Program-made: the position numbers and the translations under genes
Notes under the pieces: generated by a model
Seen by the model: the letters and a program-made list of their open reading frames with translations, nothing else
Database searches by the model: none
What the model was told of the DNA's origin: nothing
DNA from: Haliotis rufescens
Lineage: Eukaryota
Assembly: GCF_023055435.1 (NCBI RefSeq)
Contig: NW_025964001.1
Location: forward strand, 11,780,001 to 11,844,000
Direction of reading: 5' to 3'
DNA length: 64,000 bases
Shown: one piece after another, positions 50,595 to 64,000 of the stretch
Position numbering within the stretch: position 1 is the stretch's first letter
Layout: each line of letters opens with the position of its first letter

Positions 50595-53500
50595 TATAGT
50601 GGGGTAATTGTATAGAATACTTTTAAAAGAGAAAATGCTCGAACTGTGAAGATGATCTCGGTGACAAGTCTTGCTGGTTTCGATTAGGGCAGCTCTATGA
50701 CTGATGACTCAAGGATGGAAGTTTTCGACTTTATACCCGTACCATGACCATCGGGCTTCTTTTAAGTCAACCACCATACACCACCCACTCATTACTCCCA
50801 CGTCTGTGTTGTTAATAATCAGGAATTCTTTCTTCATGTATAGCCGCCATGCTGTTTAAGTTGAAACATCTTGATTGTTTTCACAGCAATAAGAACTATA
50901 TCTTTGTTTACCTAATTAAAACGGTAGCAGTCGTCGACGAGGTAGCGGTACATTAAAGTAGCCTCCACCAGGTGAGCGTGTACTCACTTACCTGTCAAAA
51001 CTTTACACCTACATCAAAGACGCCGCCTTACGTAGCACACCTGTGTGGACACTACGTTTAAATGTCCATCTTGTTTTGTGGGACAATTTCATAAACAAAC
51101 AGGGACAAAACGTTTACAAATCCTAGCGAGGAATCCTTATAGTGTATGGAAGGGCCAGGCATTAACAATAACCGCCGTCATATAGCTGGAATATTGCTGA
51201 GTGCGGCGTTAAACAAAAAACCCCAAAAACATTAACAATACCGTAGTCTTCACAAGGATAACTTATTTGTTATTGTGTGAAACAGTTATGCTCGTAATAA
51301 GCTTGAAACGCATTTCCATTATAAAATTGAACACCTTTGGAATAAGAGGATACAGAAAAATCTCGATGATCATGTATTTGTTCAAAAGAAATAAGGCGTT
51401 TATATGTCGTGAGCCAAGAAAAATGGTTCCCAACTGTCTACATTTCACAACTTTTGAGGTACACTCGAGCAAGCTCTTTCCACGGTGATTTCAAAGAGTG
51501 TTCTTAGTTACAACATAAAGCTTTTAAAACGTTTTGTGGTAGACATGTGGATGACATTTCCAAATTTGACTCATCAGTGACCAAATGATGCTTGATACAG
51601 TTCCCTTTTTTAACTTGTTCCCTTGTTTTTTTTTCGGGTGAACAATTGACTTGGTTTTGCATGTGTTTGTGACGGGGTGCAACCGGGAAAATAGCGGAGG
51701 CGGATACGCTCGCCTTTTCGCCAACAGCTGGTATTATCACTACTTGATGGCGATTAATGGAAACAAACTCATGATATGGTCGGAATTATACAATCGAGTG
51801 TTTGTTTGACACAAATTCTTAATATGAATATGGAAAGTTTATTTCATTGTCTTTATCCGCCTCTCTTAAGTGAGTGAGTGAGTGAGTATGGTTTTACGCC
51901 GCTTTTAGCAATATTCCAGCAATATCACGGCGGGGGACACCAGAAATGGGCTTCACACATTGTACCCATGTCGGGAATCGAACCCGGGTCTTCGGCGTGA
52001 CGAGCGAACGCTTTAACCACTAGGCTACCCGACCGCCCGCCTCTCTTAAGAATTTTAGGTTTGGTAAAATCCTTGCAATTTTCAAGTTACGTGTCCATCA
52101 TAACCACCAATAACACGTAAAATTACTTTTCTCTTTGTAGCTATTTATATTTCACTTTATTAACTTCTAAATATTTTACTCTATGCTAACTGAGCGATTT
52201 CAAGATCACGCTCAGATTCTATATATTCCGACGTTAGGGATATTATCATTTGATCGAAATATTAGAAGAAGTTGGCTGACACTAAAGTGTAGAGATGTTT
52301 TTGGAGTTAACATTTAGTGAAGACTCACAACCCACATGAAACTGAAAAGTCAGCAACTATATTTACAATTTATAGAGGGATAAGGTGCAAGTATTTCATG
52401 GGACGTTTGATGTTCCTCACCTGTATATTTAGCGCCTCACAATATGATAATGAAATACACATTACGTACCTAAACTGACACATAAATAAATTGATATATA
52501 ACATTTGGAAGATGCATATGGTATTTTGACAGAAAATCGGATCCTAAATGATGGTTATGAAGAATTTAATGTCAGTATTGATTTGGCAAACTTTTCTAAA
52601 GCTGTTGAAACTATTGCCATGTACTTTTTCGTGGTAATAATCCAAATATCTGTAAATGACACCTTATACTGTGATTGCTGTACCATTACTTGCTTGGCTT
52701 TTCTGCAATACAAGGGTCACCCTGTAGGTAAATTTCCCGTTTATCAGTCTGTATCTCTCACCATATGAAATAATGAATGGTTTGAACTAGTGGTATATAA
52801 TGTATGTACAGTACTGATTGACGTAATTGGTTTGTCCGACACGCCTTATATATATGTTTTACGCTCCCAGACGGTAACTTGTTATTAAGCCAATGGTATC
52901 CAAAGGAAGCGCCCGATAATCCGATAACGTCAGCATGAAGGTTTGGCTCATATACGCAACATGGCGATTACAAGTGCATTCGAAAGTTGTTGATAATACC
53001 TTACAGGCATAGATCGGGTTATCACATTGACCGTAACTGAGCAGCTTCAAAGTTTAACATGAGTGTTATTTGATGCCAAATGTATCATTCAAGCCTTGAA
53101 AACATAGCTTCATTTAATGTTTTAGTTATTACCTATATACGATGGAACATATGTAACCACAACACTCTTAAATATGTGACCTGAGCAAAGCAGGATATCT
53201 GTCGCAGTTGCAACACACATGTTTCGAAGAAGGTGAGGATCTATATCTGTGAGGGTGGCTTTGCTAAAAAAATGATTTATACAATGCTTTATATTTCATA
53301 TCACACAACCTAAAGAAGGTTAAATTTCACAATAAAAGTTTCCTTCAAGCAGATTCATTTGAACTGTGAAGAGGTTTGTCTCTAAGTCCAACCAACATCC
53401 ACCAATCATGTGTTCGAATCCAAGATTCGCCTGTTTAGGATCCTTTGTTAGTAAGATATTTGTAATCGTGGTTTACATGAAAGTGGGAAAATGCGTGCTG

Positions 53501-53722
53501 CATAAGAACATGAAATGATAGTTTTCAGATAATGTTTATTATCTCAGAAACATTTACACAGTCCTCTTCAAATGACAGTTGCAATCCATAACGTAAACAC
53601 AACAATATATACATTAATAGTAACAAAGCAGGCCCAAGATGAGTTCAACATTGGACTGCAGTGCATATTGCACAAATTACGCCCTCGTTCTTCATCTGAC
53701 CACTAATACATTCCCGAAAGTT

Positions 53723-54957
53723 CTAGACGCCTATCTGGGGAAATGTCATCTGATCGCTTAGGAAGTTGAAGTGGGGTAGATAATTCTGGTAGTATGGAGT
53801 TCCGGGAGAGCTGAAGTTGGACTGGTTGGAATACTCTGTCCACTGTTGCGGGCATGGTGTGACTTGGAAGGATGTTTCTGTCATCAGATGTGGGTAGTGG
53901 AGAGTATTCTGGGTAGGCCGTGTACAGGATACTGCGTCACTGAGTGCGCTGTAGACGTTGTGTGATGATGGGTACATCAGGGGGTTGTAGACGGGGTCGT
54001 AGTCCGTCACTGAGGAGCAGCCGGGTCCAGTGCTGGGTAGGTAGTGGAGGCTGAAGAAGAGAAGAGATTGTTGTTAGTCCGAGACAGACATGCCATTGTG
54101 TTGAAGCTAATAACAGCCCACTACGCGCCTGTGTAACTAACTTGGTGTGTACTTACTTTGATTTGGGTTTGTCTTTCACGTCATCTTTCTTGGAAGTCGT
54201 TGGTGGTGTGAGCACGTGACACTCGTCCGTAGCCGTTACGTCACGTGACCGTGACGTTCCTTGTTGATACAGTTGCTGTCTCATCCAGTTCACGTGAGCA
54301 CCTTTAGACTGACGCTTGAACTTGGAACGGCGGTTCTGGAACCAGATCTGTATGGCAGAAAGAGGTCATTATTATCGAGACATTTCATGAAATCAGGGTC
54401 TTTTATATGGGTTGAAAAGATTATGAAATGAAATATACAACAATTCTTTAAGTCCAAACTATGTACCATATAAACTGAATAAAGCAGTAAAAGTTAGAAT
54501 TTCCCTTCAGTACATTTCATGGGTCCTATGTACATTTAAAAGGACAAGAAAGAGAGTTTTATATCACTATGATATTGTGTATTGTGTGATCAATTATCTC
54601 TTTCGAGAACTTCTGTTAGGTGTAATAAAGAGGATTTACTTACCGATAGTCTCTCTACGTCGATGTTGATGGTGTTGGAGAGATCCTCCAAGATGGAGCT
54701 GTCAGGATACTGAGAGGACACGAATACCTTCTCCAGTTGCCTCAACTGTGGATATGGATAGCGGAGATGAAAACGTGTTAACTTTGTATTTCGATTTACT
54801 TTTGAAATAACAATAGTTTATGTTTTCTTCCTATTCACGTTTCGAGCAATTAAATGTTTACCTTACTAGCAGAGTACTTGATTCTGTTCCTTGCCGGAAC
54901 GATTGTCTTGTTGACGGTACACTTGCTTGGCTTGGTTTCGGGGCTCTTCACTTTCAT
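53723..54957 (-). CDS. PRD-type homeobox gene, array copy 3 (homeodomain Q12K variant)
   Basis: Exons 54957-54862, 54745-54644, 54347-54157 and 54050-53723. The last codon of exon 1 is AAG instead of CAG (position 54864). Confidence 0.88.
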
Positions 54958-57900
54958 TATAGTGTGGTAATTGTATAGAATACTTTTAAAAGAGAAAATG
55001 CTCGAAATGTGAAGATGATCTCGGTGACGAGTCTTGCTGGTTTCGATTAGGGCAGCTCTATGACTGATGACTCAAGGATGGAAGTTTTCGACTTTATACC
55101 CGTACCATGACCATCGGGCTTCTTTTAAGTCAACCACCATACACCACCCACTCATTGCTCCCACGTCTGTGTTGTTAATAATCAGGAATTCTTTCTTCAT
55201 GTATAGCCGCCATGCTGTTTAAGTTGAAACATCTTGATTGTTTTCACAGCAATAAGAACTATATCTTTGTTTATCTAATTAAAACGGTAGCAGTCGTCGA
55301 CGAGGTAGCGGTACATTAAAGTAGCCTCCACCAGGTGAGCGTGTACTCACTTACCTGTCAAAACTTTACACCTACATCAAAGACGCCGCCTTACGTAGCA
55401 CACCTGTGTGGACACTACGTTTAAATGTCCATCTTGTTTTGTGGGACAATTTCATAAACAAACAGGGACAAAACGTTTACAAATCCTAGCGAGGAATCCT
55501 TATAGTGTATGGAAGGGCCAGGCATTAACAATAACCGCCGTCATATAGCTGGAATATTGCTGAGTGCGGCGTTAAACAAAAACACCCAAAAACATTAACA
55601 ATACCGTAGTCTTCACAAGGATAACTTATTTGTTATTGTGTGAAACAGTTATGCTCGTAATAAGCTTGAAACGCATTTCCATTATATAATTGAACACCTT
55701 TGGAATAAGAGGATACAGAAAAATCTCGATGATCATGTATTTGTTCAAAAGAAATAAGGCGTTTATATGTCGTGAGCCAAGAAAAATGGTTCCCAACTGT
55801 CTACATTTCACAACTTTTGAGGTACACTCGAGCAAGCTCTTTCCACGGTGATTTCAAAGAGTGTTCTTAGTTACGACATAAAGCTTTTAAAACGTTTTGT
55901 GGTAGACATGTGGATGACATTTCCAAATTTGACTCATCAGTGACCAAATGATGCTTGATACAGTTCCCTTTTTTAACTTGTTCCCTTGGTTTTTTTTCGG
56001 GTGAACAATTGACTTGGTTTTGCATGTGTTTGTGACGGGGTGCAACCGGGAAAATAGCGGAGGCGGATACGCTCGCCTTTTCGCCAACAGCTGGTATTAT
56101 CACTACTTGATGGCGATTAATGGAAACAAACTCATGATATGGTCGGAATTATACAATCGAGTGTTTGTTTGACACAAATTCTTAATATGAATATGGAAAG
56201 TTTATTTCATTGTCTTTATCCGCCTCTCTTAAGTGAGTGAGTGAGTGAGTATGGTTTTACGCCGCTTTTAGCAATATTCCAGCAATATCACGGCGGGGGA
56301 CACCAGAAATGGGCTTCACACATTGTACCCATGTCGGGAATCGAACCCGGGTCTTCGGCGTGACGAGCGAACGCTTTAACCACTAGGCTACCCGACCGCC
56401 CGCCTCTCTTAAGAATTTTAGGTTTGGTAAAAACCTTGCAATTTTCAAGTTACGTGTCCATCATAACCACCAATAACACGTAAAATTACTTTTCTCTTTG
56501 TAGCTATTTATATTTCACTTTATTAACTTCTAAATATTTTACTCTATGGTAACTGAGCGATTTCAAGATCACGCTCAGATTCTATATATTCCGACGTTAG
56601 GGATATTATCATTTGATCGAAATATTAGAAGAAGTTGGCTGACACTAAAGTGTAGAGATGTTTTTGGACTTAACATTTAGTGAAGACTCACAACCCACAT
56701 GAAACTGAAAAGTCAGCAACTATATTTACAATTTATAGAGGGATAAGGTGCATGTATTTCATGGGACGTTTGATGTTCCTCACCTGTATATTTAGCGCCT
56801 CACAATATGTTAATGAAATACACATTACGTACCTGAACTGACACATAAATAAATTGATATATAACATTTGGAAGATGCATATGGTATTTTGACAGAAAAT
56901 CGGATCCTAAATGATGGTTATGAAGAATCTAATGTCAGTATTGATTTGGCAAACTTTTCTAAAGCTGTTGAAACTATTGCCATGCACTTTTTCGTGGTAA
57001 TAATCCAAATATCTGTAAATGACACCTTATACTGTGATTGCTGTACCATTACTTGCTTGGCTTTTCTGCAATACAAGGGTCACCCTGTAGGTAAATTTCC
57101 CGTTTATCAGTCTGTATCTCTCACCATATGAAATAATAAATGGTTTGAACTAGTGGTATATAATGTATGTACAGTACTGATTGACGTAATTGGTTTGTCC
57201 GACACGCCTTATATATATGTTTTACGCTCCCAGACGGTAACTTGTTATTAAGCCAATGGTATCCAAAGGAAGCGCCCGATAATCCGATAACGTCAGCATG
57301 AAGGTTTGGCTCATATACGCAACATGGCGATTACAAGTGCATTCGAAAGTTGTTGATAATACCTTACAGGCATAGATCGGGTTATCACATTGACCGTAAC
57401 TGAGCAGCTTCAAAGTTTAACATGAGTGTTATTTGATGCCAAATGTATCATTCAAGCCTTGAAAACATAGCTTCATTTAATGTTTTAGTTATTACCTATA
57501 TACGATGGAACATATGTAACCACAACACTCTTAAATATGTGACCTGAGCAAAGCAGGATATCTATCGCAGTTGCAACACACATGTTTCGAAGAAGGTGAG
57601 GATCTATATCTGTGAGGGTGGCTTTGCTAAAAATGATTTATACAATGCTTTATATTTCATATCACACAACCTAAAGACGGTTAAATTTCACAATAAAAGT
57701 TTCCTTCAAGCAGATTCATTTGAACTGTGAAGAGGTTTGTCTCTTAGTCCAACCAACATCCACCAATCATGTGTTCGAATCCAAGATTCGCCTGTTTAGG
57801 ATCCTTTGTTAGTAAGATATTTGTAATCGTGGTTTACATGAAAGTGGGAAAATGCGTGCTGCATAAGAACATGAAATGATAGTTTTCAGATAATGTTTAT

Positions 57901-58082
57901 TATCTCAGAAACATTTACACAGTCCTCTTCAAATGACAGTTGCAATCCATAACGTAAACACAACAATATATACATTAATAGTAACAAAGCAGGCCCAAGA
58001 TGAGTTCAACATTGGACTGCAGTGCATATTGCACAAATTACGCCCTCGTTCTTCATCTGACCACTAATACATTCCGAAAGTT

Positions 58083-59317
58083 CTAGACGCCTATCTGGGG
58101 AAATGTCATCTGATCGCTTAGGAAGTTGAAGTGGGGTAGATAATTCTGGTAGTATGGAGTTCCGGGAGAGCTGAAGTTGGACTGGTTGGAATACTCTGTC
58201 CACTGTTGCGGGCATGGTGTGACTTGGAAGGATGTTTCCGTCATCAGATGTGGGTAGTGGAGAGTATTCTGGGTAGGCCGTGTACAGGATACTGCGTCAC
58301 TGAGTGCGCTGTAGACGTTGTGTGATGATGGGTACATCAGGGGGTTGTAGACGGGGTCGTAGTCCGTCACTGAGGAGCAGCCGGGTCCAGTGCTGGGTAG
58401 GTAGTGGAGGCTGAAGAAGAGAAGAGATTGTTGTTAGTCCGAGACAGACATGCCATTGTGTTGAAGCTAATAAGAGCCCACTACGCGCCTGTGTAACTAA
58501 CTTGGTGTGTACTTACTTTGATTTGGGTTTGTCTTTCACGTCATCTTTCTTGGAAGTCGTTGGAGGTGTGAGCACGTGACACTCGTCCGTAGCCGTTACG
58601 TCACGTGACCGTGACGTTCCTTGTTGATACAGTTGCTGTCTCATCCAGTTCACGTGAGCACCTTTAGACTGACGCTTGAACTTGGAACGGCGGTTCTGGA
58701 ACCAGATCTGTATGGCAGAAAGAGGTCATTATTATCGAGACATTTCATGAAATCAGGGTCTTTTATATGGGTTGAAAAGATTATGAAATGAAATATACAA
58801 CAATTCTTTAAGTCCAAACTATGTACCATATAAACTGAATAAAGCAGTAAAAGTTAGAATTTCCCTTCAGTACATTTCATGGGTCCTATGTACATTTAAA
58901 AGGACAAGAAAGAGAGTTTTATATCACTATGATATTGTGTATTGTGTGATCAATTATCTCTTTCGAGAACTTCTGTTAGGTGTAATAAAGAGGATTTACT
59001 TACCGATAGTCTCTCTACGTCGATGTTGATGGTGTTGGAGAGATCCTCCAAGATGGAGCTGTCAGGATACTGAGAGGACACGAATACCTTCTCCAGTTGC
59101 CTCAACTGTGGATATGGATAGCGGAGATGAAAACGTGTTAACTTTGTATTTCGATTTACTTTTGAAATAACAATAGTTTATGTTTTCTTCCTATTCACGT
59201 TTCGAGCAATTAAATGTTTACCTGACTAGCAGAGTACTTGATTCTGTTCCTTGCCGGAACGATTGTCTTGTTGACGGTACACTTGCTTGGCTTGGTTTCG
59301 GGGCTCTTCACTTTCAT
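58083..59317 (-). CDS. PRD-type homeobox gene, array copy 4
   Basis: Exons 59317-59222, 59105-59004, 58707-58517 and 58410-58083; intact. Confidence 0.9.
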
Positions 59318-62300
59318 TATAGTGTGGTAATTGTATAGAATACTTTTAAAAGAGAAAATGCTCGAAATGTGAAGATGATCTCGGTGACGAGTCTTGCTGG
59401 TTTCGATTAGGGCAGCTCTATGACTGATGACTCAAGGATGGAAGTTTTCGACTTTATACCCGTACCATGACCATCGGGCTTCTTTTAAGTCAACCACCAT
59501 ACTCATTACTCCCACGTCTGTGTTGTTAATAATCAGGAATTCTTTCTTCATGTATAGCCGCCATGCTGTTTAAGTTGAAACATCTTGATTGTTTTCACAG
59601 CAATAAGAACTATATCTTTGTTTATCTAATTAAAACGGTAGCAGTCGTCGACGAGGTAGCGGTACATTAAAGTAGCCTCCACCAGGTGAGCGTGTACTCA
59701 CTTACCTGTCAAAACTTTACACCTACATCAAAGACGCCGCCTTACGTAGCACACCTGTGTGGACACTACGTTTAAATGTCCATCTTGTTTTGTGGGACAA
59801 TTTCATAAACAAACAGGGACAAAACGTTTACAAATCCTAGCGAGGAATCCTTATAGTGTATGGAAGGGCCAGGCATTAACAATAACCGCCGTCATATAGC
59901 TGGAATATTGCTGAGTGCGGCGTTAAACAAAAACACCCAAAAACATTAACAATACCGTAGTCTTCACAAGGATAACTTATTTGTTATTGTGTGAAACAGT
60001 TATGCTCGTAATAAGCTTGAAACGCATTTCCATTATATAATTGAACACCTTTGGAATAAGAGGATACAGAAAAATCTCGATGATCATGTATTTGTTCAAA
60101 AGAAATAAGGCGTTTATATGTCGTGAGCCAAGAAAAATGGTTCCCAACTGTCTACATTTCACAACTTTTGAGGTACACTCGAGCAAGCTCTTTCCACGGT
60201 GATTTCAAAGAGTGTTCTTAGTTACGACATAAAGCTTTTAAAACGTTTTGTGGTAGACATGTGGATGACATTTCCAAATTTGACTCATCAGTGACCAAAT
60301 GATGCTTGATACAGTTCCCTTTTTTAACTTGTTCCCTTGGTTTTTTTTCGGGTGAACAATTGACTTGGTTTTGCATGTGTTTGTGACGGGGTGCAACCGG
60401 GAAAATAGCGGAGGCGGATACGCTCGCCTTTTCGCCAACAGCTGGTATTATCACTACTTGATGGCGATTAATGGAAACAAACTCATGATATGGTCGGAAT
60501 TATACAATCGAGTGTTTGTTTGACACAAATTCTTAATATGAATATGGAAAGTTTATTTCATTGTCTTTATCCGCCTCTCTTAAGTGAGTGAGTGAGTGAG
60601 TATGGTTTTACGCCGCTTTTAGCAATATTCCAGCAATATCACGGCGGGGGACACCAGAAATGGGCTTCACACATTGTACCCATGTCGGGAATCGAACCCG
60701 GGTCTTCGGCGTGACGAGCGAACGCTTTAACCACTAGGCTACCCGACCGCCCGCCTCTCTTAAGAATTTTAGGTTTGGTAAAATCCTTGCAATTTTCAAG
60801 TTACGTGTCCATCATAACCACCAATAACACGTAAAATTACTTTTCTCTTTGTAGCTATTTATATTTCACTTTATTAACTTCTAAATATTTTACTCTATGC
60901 TAACTGAGCGATTTCAAGATCACGCTCAGATTCTATATATTCCGACGTTAGGGATATTATCATTTGATCGAAATATTAGAAGAAGTTGGCTGACACTAAA
61001 GTGTAGAGATGTTTTTGGACTTAACATTTAGTGAAGACTCACAACCCACATGAAACTGAAAAGTCAGCAACTATGTTTACAATTTATAGAGGGATAAGGT
61101 GCAAGTATTTCATGGGACGTTTGATGTTCCTCACCTGTATATTTAGCGCCTCACAATATGATAATGAAATACACATTACGTACCTGAACTGACACATAAA
61201 TAAATTGATATATAACATTTGGAAGATGCATATGGTATTTTGACAGAAAATCGGATCCTAAATGATGGTTATGAAGAATTTAATGTCAGTATTGATTTGG
61301 CAAACTTTTCTAAAGCTGTTGAAACTATTGCCATGTACTTTTTCGTGGTAATAATCCAAATATCTGTAAATGACACCTTATACTGTGATTGCTGTACCAT
61401 TACTTGCTTGGCTTTTCTGCAATACAAGGGTCACCCTGTAGGTAAATTTCCCGTTTATCAGTCTGTATCTCTCACCATATGAAATAATGAATGGTTTGAA
61501 CTAGTGGTATATAATGTATGTACAGTACTGATTGACGTAATTGGTTTGTCCGACACGCCTTATATGTATGTTTTACGCTCCCAGACGGTAACTTGTTATT
61601 AAGCCAATGGTATCCAAAGGAAGCGCCCGATAATCCGATAACGTCAGCATGAAGGTTTGGCTCATATACGCAACATGGCGATTACAAGTGCATTCGAAAG
61701 TTGTTGATAATACCTTACAGGCATAGATCGGGTTATCACATTGACCGTAACTGAGCAGCTTCAAAGTTTAACATGAGTGTTATTTGATGCCAAATGTATC
61801 ATTCAAGCCTTGAAAACATAGCTTCATTTAATGTTTTAGTTATTACCTATATACGATGGAACATATGTAACCACAACACTCTTAAATATGTGACCTGAGC
61901 AAAGCAGGATATCTGTCGCAGTTGCAACACACATGTTTCGAAGAAGGTGAGGATCTATATCTGTGAGGGTGGCTTTGCTAAAAAAATGATTTATACAATG
62001 CTTTATATTTCATATCACACAACCTAAAGACGGTTAAATTTCACAATAAAAGTTTCCTTCAAGCAGATTCATTTGAACTGTGAAGAGGTTTGTCTCTTAG
62101 TCCAACCAACATCCACCAATCATGTGTTCGAATCCAAGATTCGCCTGTTTAGGATCCTTTGTTAGTAAGATATTTGTAATCGTGGTTTACATGAAAGTGG
62201 GAAAATGCGTGCTGCATAAGAACATGAAATGATAGTTTTCAGATAATGTTTATTATCTCAGAAACATTTACACAGTCCTCTTCAAATGACAGTTGCAATC

Positions 62301-62436
62301 CATAACGTAAACACAACAATATATACATTAATAGTAACAAATCAGGCCCAAGATGAGTTCAACATTGGACTGCAGTGCATATTGCACAAATTACGCCCTC
62401 GTTCTTCATCTGACCACTAATACATTCCCGAAAGTT

Positions 62437-63671
62437 CTAGACGCCTATCTGGGGAAATGTCATCTGATCGCTTAGGAAGTTGAAGTGGGGTAGATAATTC
62501 TGGTAGTATGGAGTTCCGGGAGAGCTGAAGTTGGACTGGTTGGAATACTCTGTCCACTGTTGCGGGCATGGTGTGACTTGGAAGGATGTTTCTGTCATCA
62601 GATGTGGGTAGTGGAGAGTATTCTGGGTAGGCCGTGTACAGGATACTGCGTCACTGAGTGCGCTGTAGACGTTGTGTGATGATGGGTACATCAGGGGGTT
62701 GTAGACGGGGTCGTAGTCCGTCACTGAGGAGCAGCCGGGTCCAGTGCTGGGTAGGTAGTGGAGGCTGAAGAAGAGAAGAGATTGTTGTTAGTCCGAGACA
62801 GACATGCCATTGTGTTGAAGCTAATAACAGCCCACTACGCGCCTGTGTAACTAACTTGGTGTGTACTTACTTTGATTTGGGTTTGTCTTTCACGTCATCT
62901 TTCTTGGAAGTCGTTGGTGGTGTGAGCACGTGACACTCGTCCGTAGCCGTTACGTCACGTGACCGTGACGTTCCTTGTTGATACAGTTGCTGTCTCATCC
63001 AGTTCACGTGAGCACCTTTAGACTGACGCTTGAACTTGGAACGGCGGTTCTGGAACCAGATCTGTATGGCAGAAAGAGGTCATTATTATAGAGACATTTC
63101 ATGAAATCAGGGTCTTTTATATGGGTTGAAAAGATTATGAAATGAAATATACAACAATTCTTTAAGTCCAAACTATGTACCATATAAACTGAATAAAGCA
63201 GTAAAAGTTAGAATTTCCCTTCAGTACATTTCATGGGTCCTATGTACATTTAAAAGGACAAGAAAGAGAGTTTTATATCACTATGATATTGTGTATTGTG
63301 TGATCAATTATCTCTTTCGAGAACTTCTGTTAGGTGTAATAAAGAGGATTTACTTACCGATAGTCTCTCTACGTCGATGTTGATGGTGTTGGAGAGATCC
63401 TCCAAGATGGAGCTGTCAGGATACTGAGAGGACACGAATACCTTCTCCAGTTGCCTCAACTGTGGATATGAATAGCGGAGATGAAAACGTGTTAAATTTG
63501 TATTTCGATTTACTTTTGAAATAACAATAGTTTATGTTTTCTTCCTATTCACGTTTCGAGCAATTAAATGTTTACCTGACTAGCAGAGTATTTGATTCTA
63601 TTCCTTGCCGGAACGATTGTCTTGTTGACGGTACACTTGCTTGGCTTGGTTTCGGGGCTCTTCACTTTCAT
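62437..63671 (-). CDS. PRD-type homeobox gene, array copy 5
   Basis: Exons 63671-63576, 63459-63358, 63061-62871 and 62764-62437; intact, with two synonymous changes in exon 1. Confidence 0.9.
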
Positions 63672-64000
63672 TATAGTGTGGTAATTGTATAGAATACTTT
63701 TAAAAGAGAAAATGCTCGAAATGTGAAGATGATCTCGGTGACAAGTCTTGCTGGTTTCGATTAGGGCAGCTCTATGACTGATGACTCAAGGATGGAAGTT
63801 TTCGACTTTATACCCGTACCATGACCATCGGGCTTCTTTTAAGTCAACCACCATACACCACCCACTCATTACTCCCACGTCTGTGTTGTTAATAATCAGG
63901 AATTCTTTCTTCATGTATAGCCGCCATGCTGTTTAAGTTGAAACATCTTGATTGTTTTCACAGCAATAAGAACTATATCTTTGTTTACCTAATTAAAACG

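Larger units (their letters stand above)
43896..64000. repeat. Head-to-tail macrosatellite, ~4.36-kb unit, at least 4.6 units, continues beyond window
   Basis: Homologous stop codons lie at 44998, 49360, 53723, 58083 and 62437 (spacings 4362, 4363, 4360, 4354). Units are near-identical including introns and spacer. The left edge is where cattgaccgtaactgag (43896) matches 48664. Confidence 0.97.

Overview
AT-rich animal genomic DNA with spliceosomal introns, one N-gap (5450-5594) and abundant tRNA-derived SINEs and MITEs. The repeat style suggests a mollusc or other lophotrochozoan, but that is inference. The left half holds two conserved minus-strand genes that I assembled exon by exon from GT-AG sites: the 5' part of a TXNDC16-like gene (5 exons, 20060->6217, continuing leftward) and a complete 8-exon TEDC1 gene (34793->29923). 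The right half is the unusual part. It is a cluster of a divergent Q50 PRD-type homeobox gene, made of one older paralog (39548->38050) and a head-to-tail macrosatellite of ~4.36-kb units that starts at ~43.9 kb and runs off the window. Each unit carries an intact 4-exon, 238-aa copy of the gene (5 copies visible). The old paralog and the array copies have unalignable introns but keep the same promoter layout: TATA and Inr, plus a TCF/LEF site with a GCCGCC helper ~310 bp upstream. Diagnostic variants show a two-unit higher-order periodicity, apparent exon-restricted gene conversion and one Q12K copy. Together this looks like a D4Z4/DUX-like amplified and possibly Wnt/beta-catenin-responsive homeobox array. 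That function is inferred, not shown.
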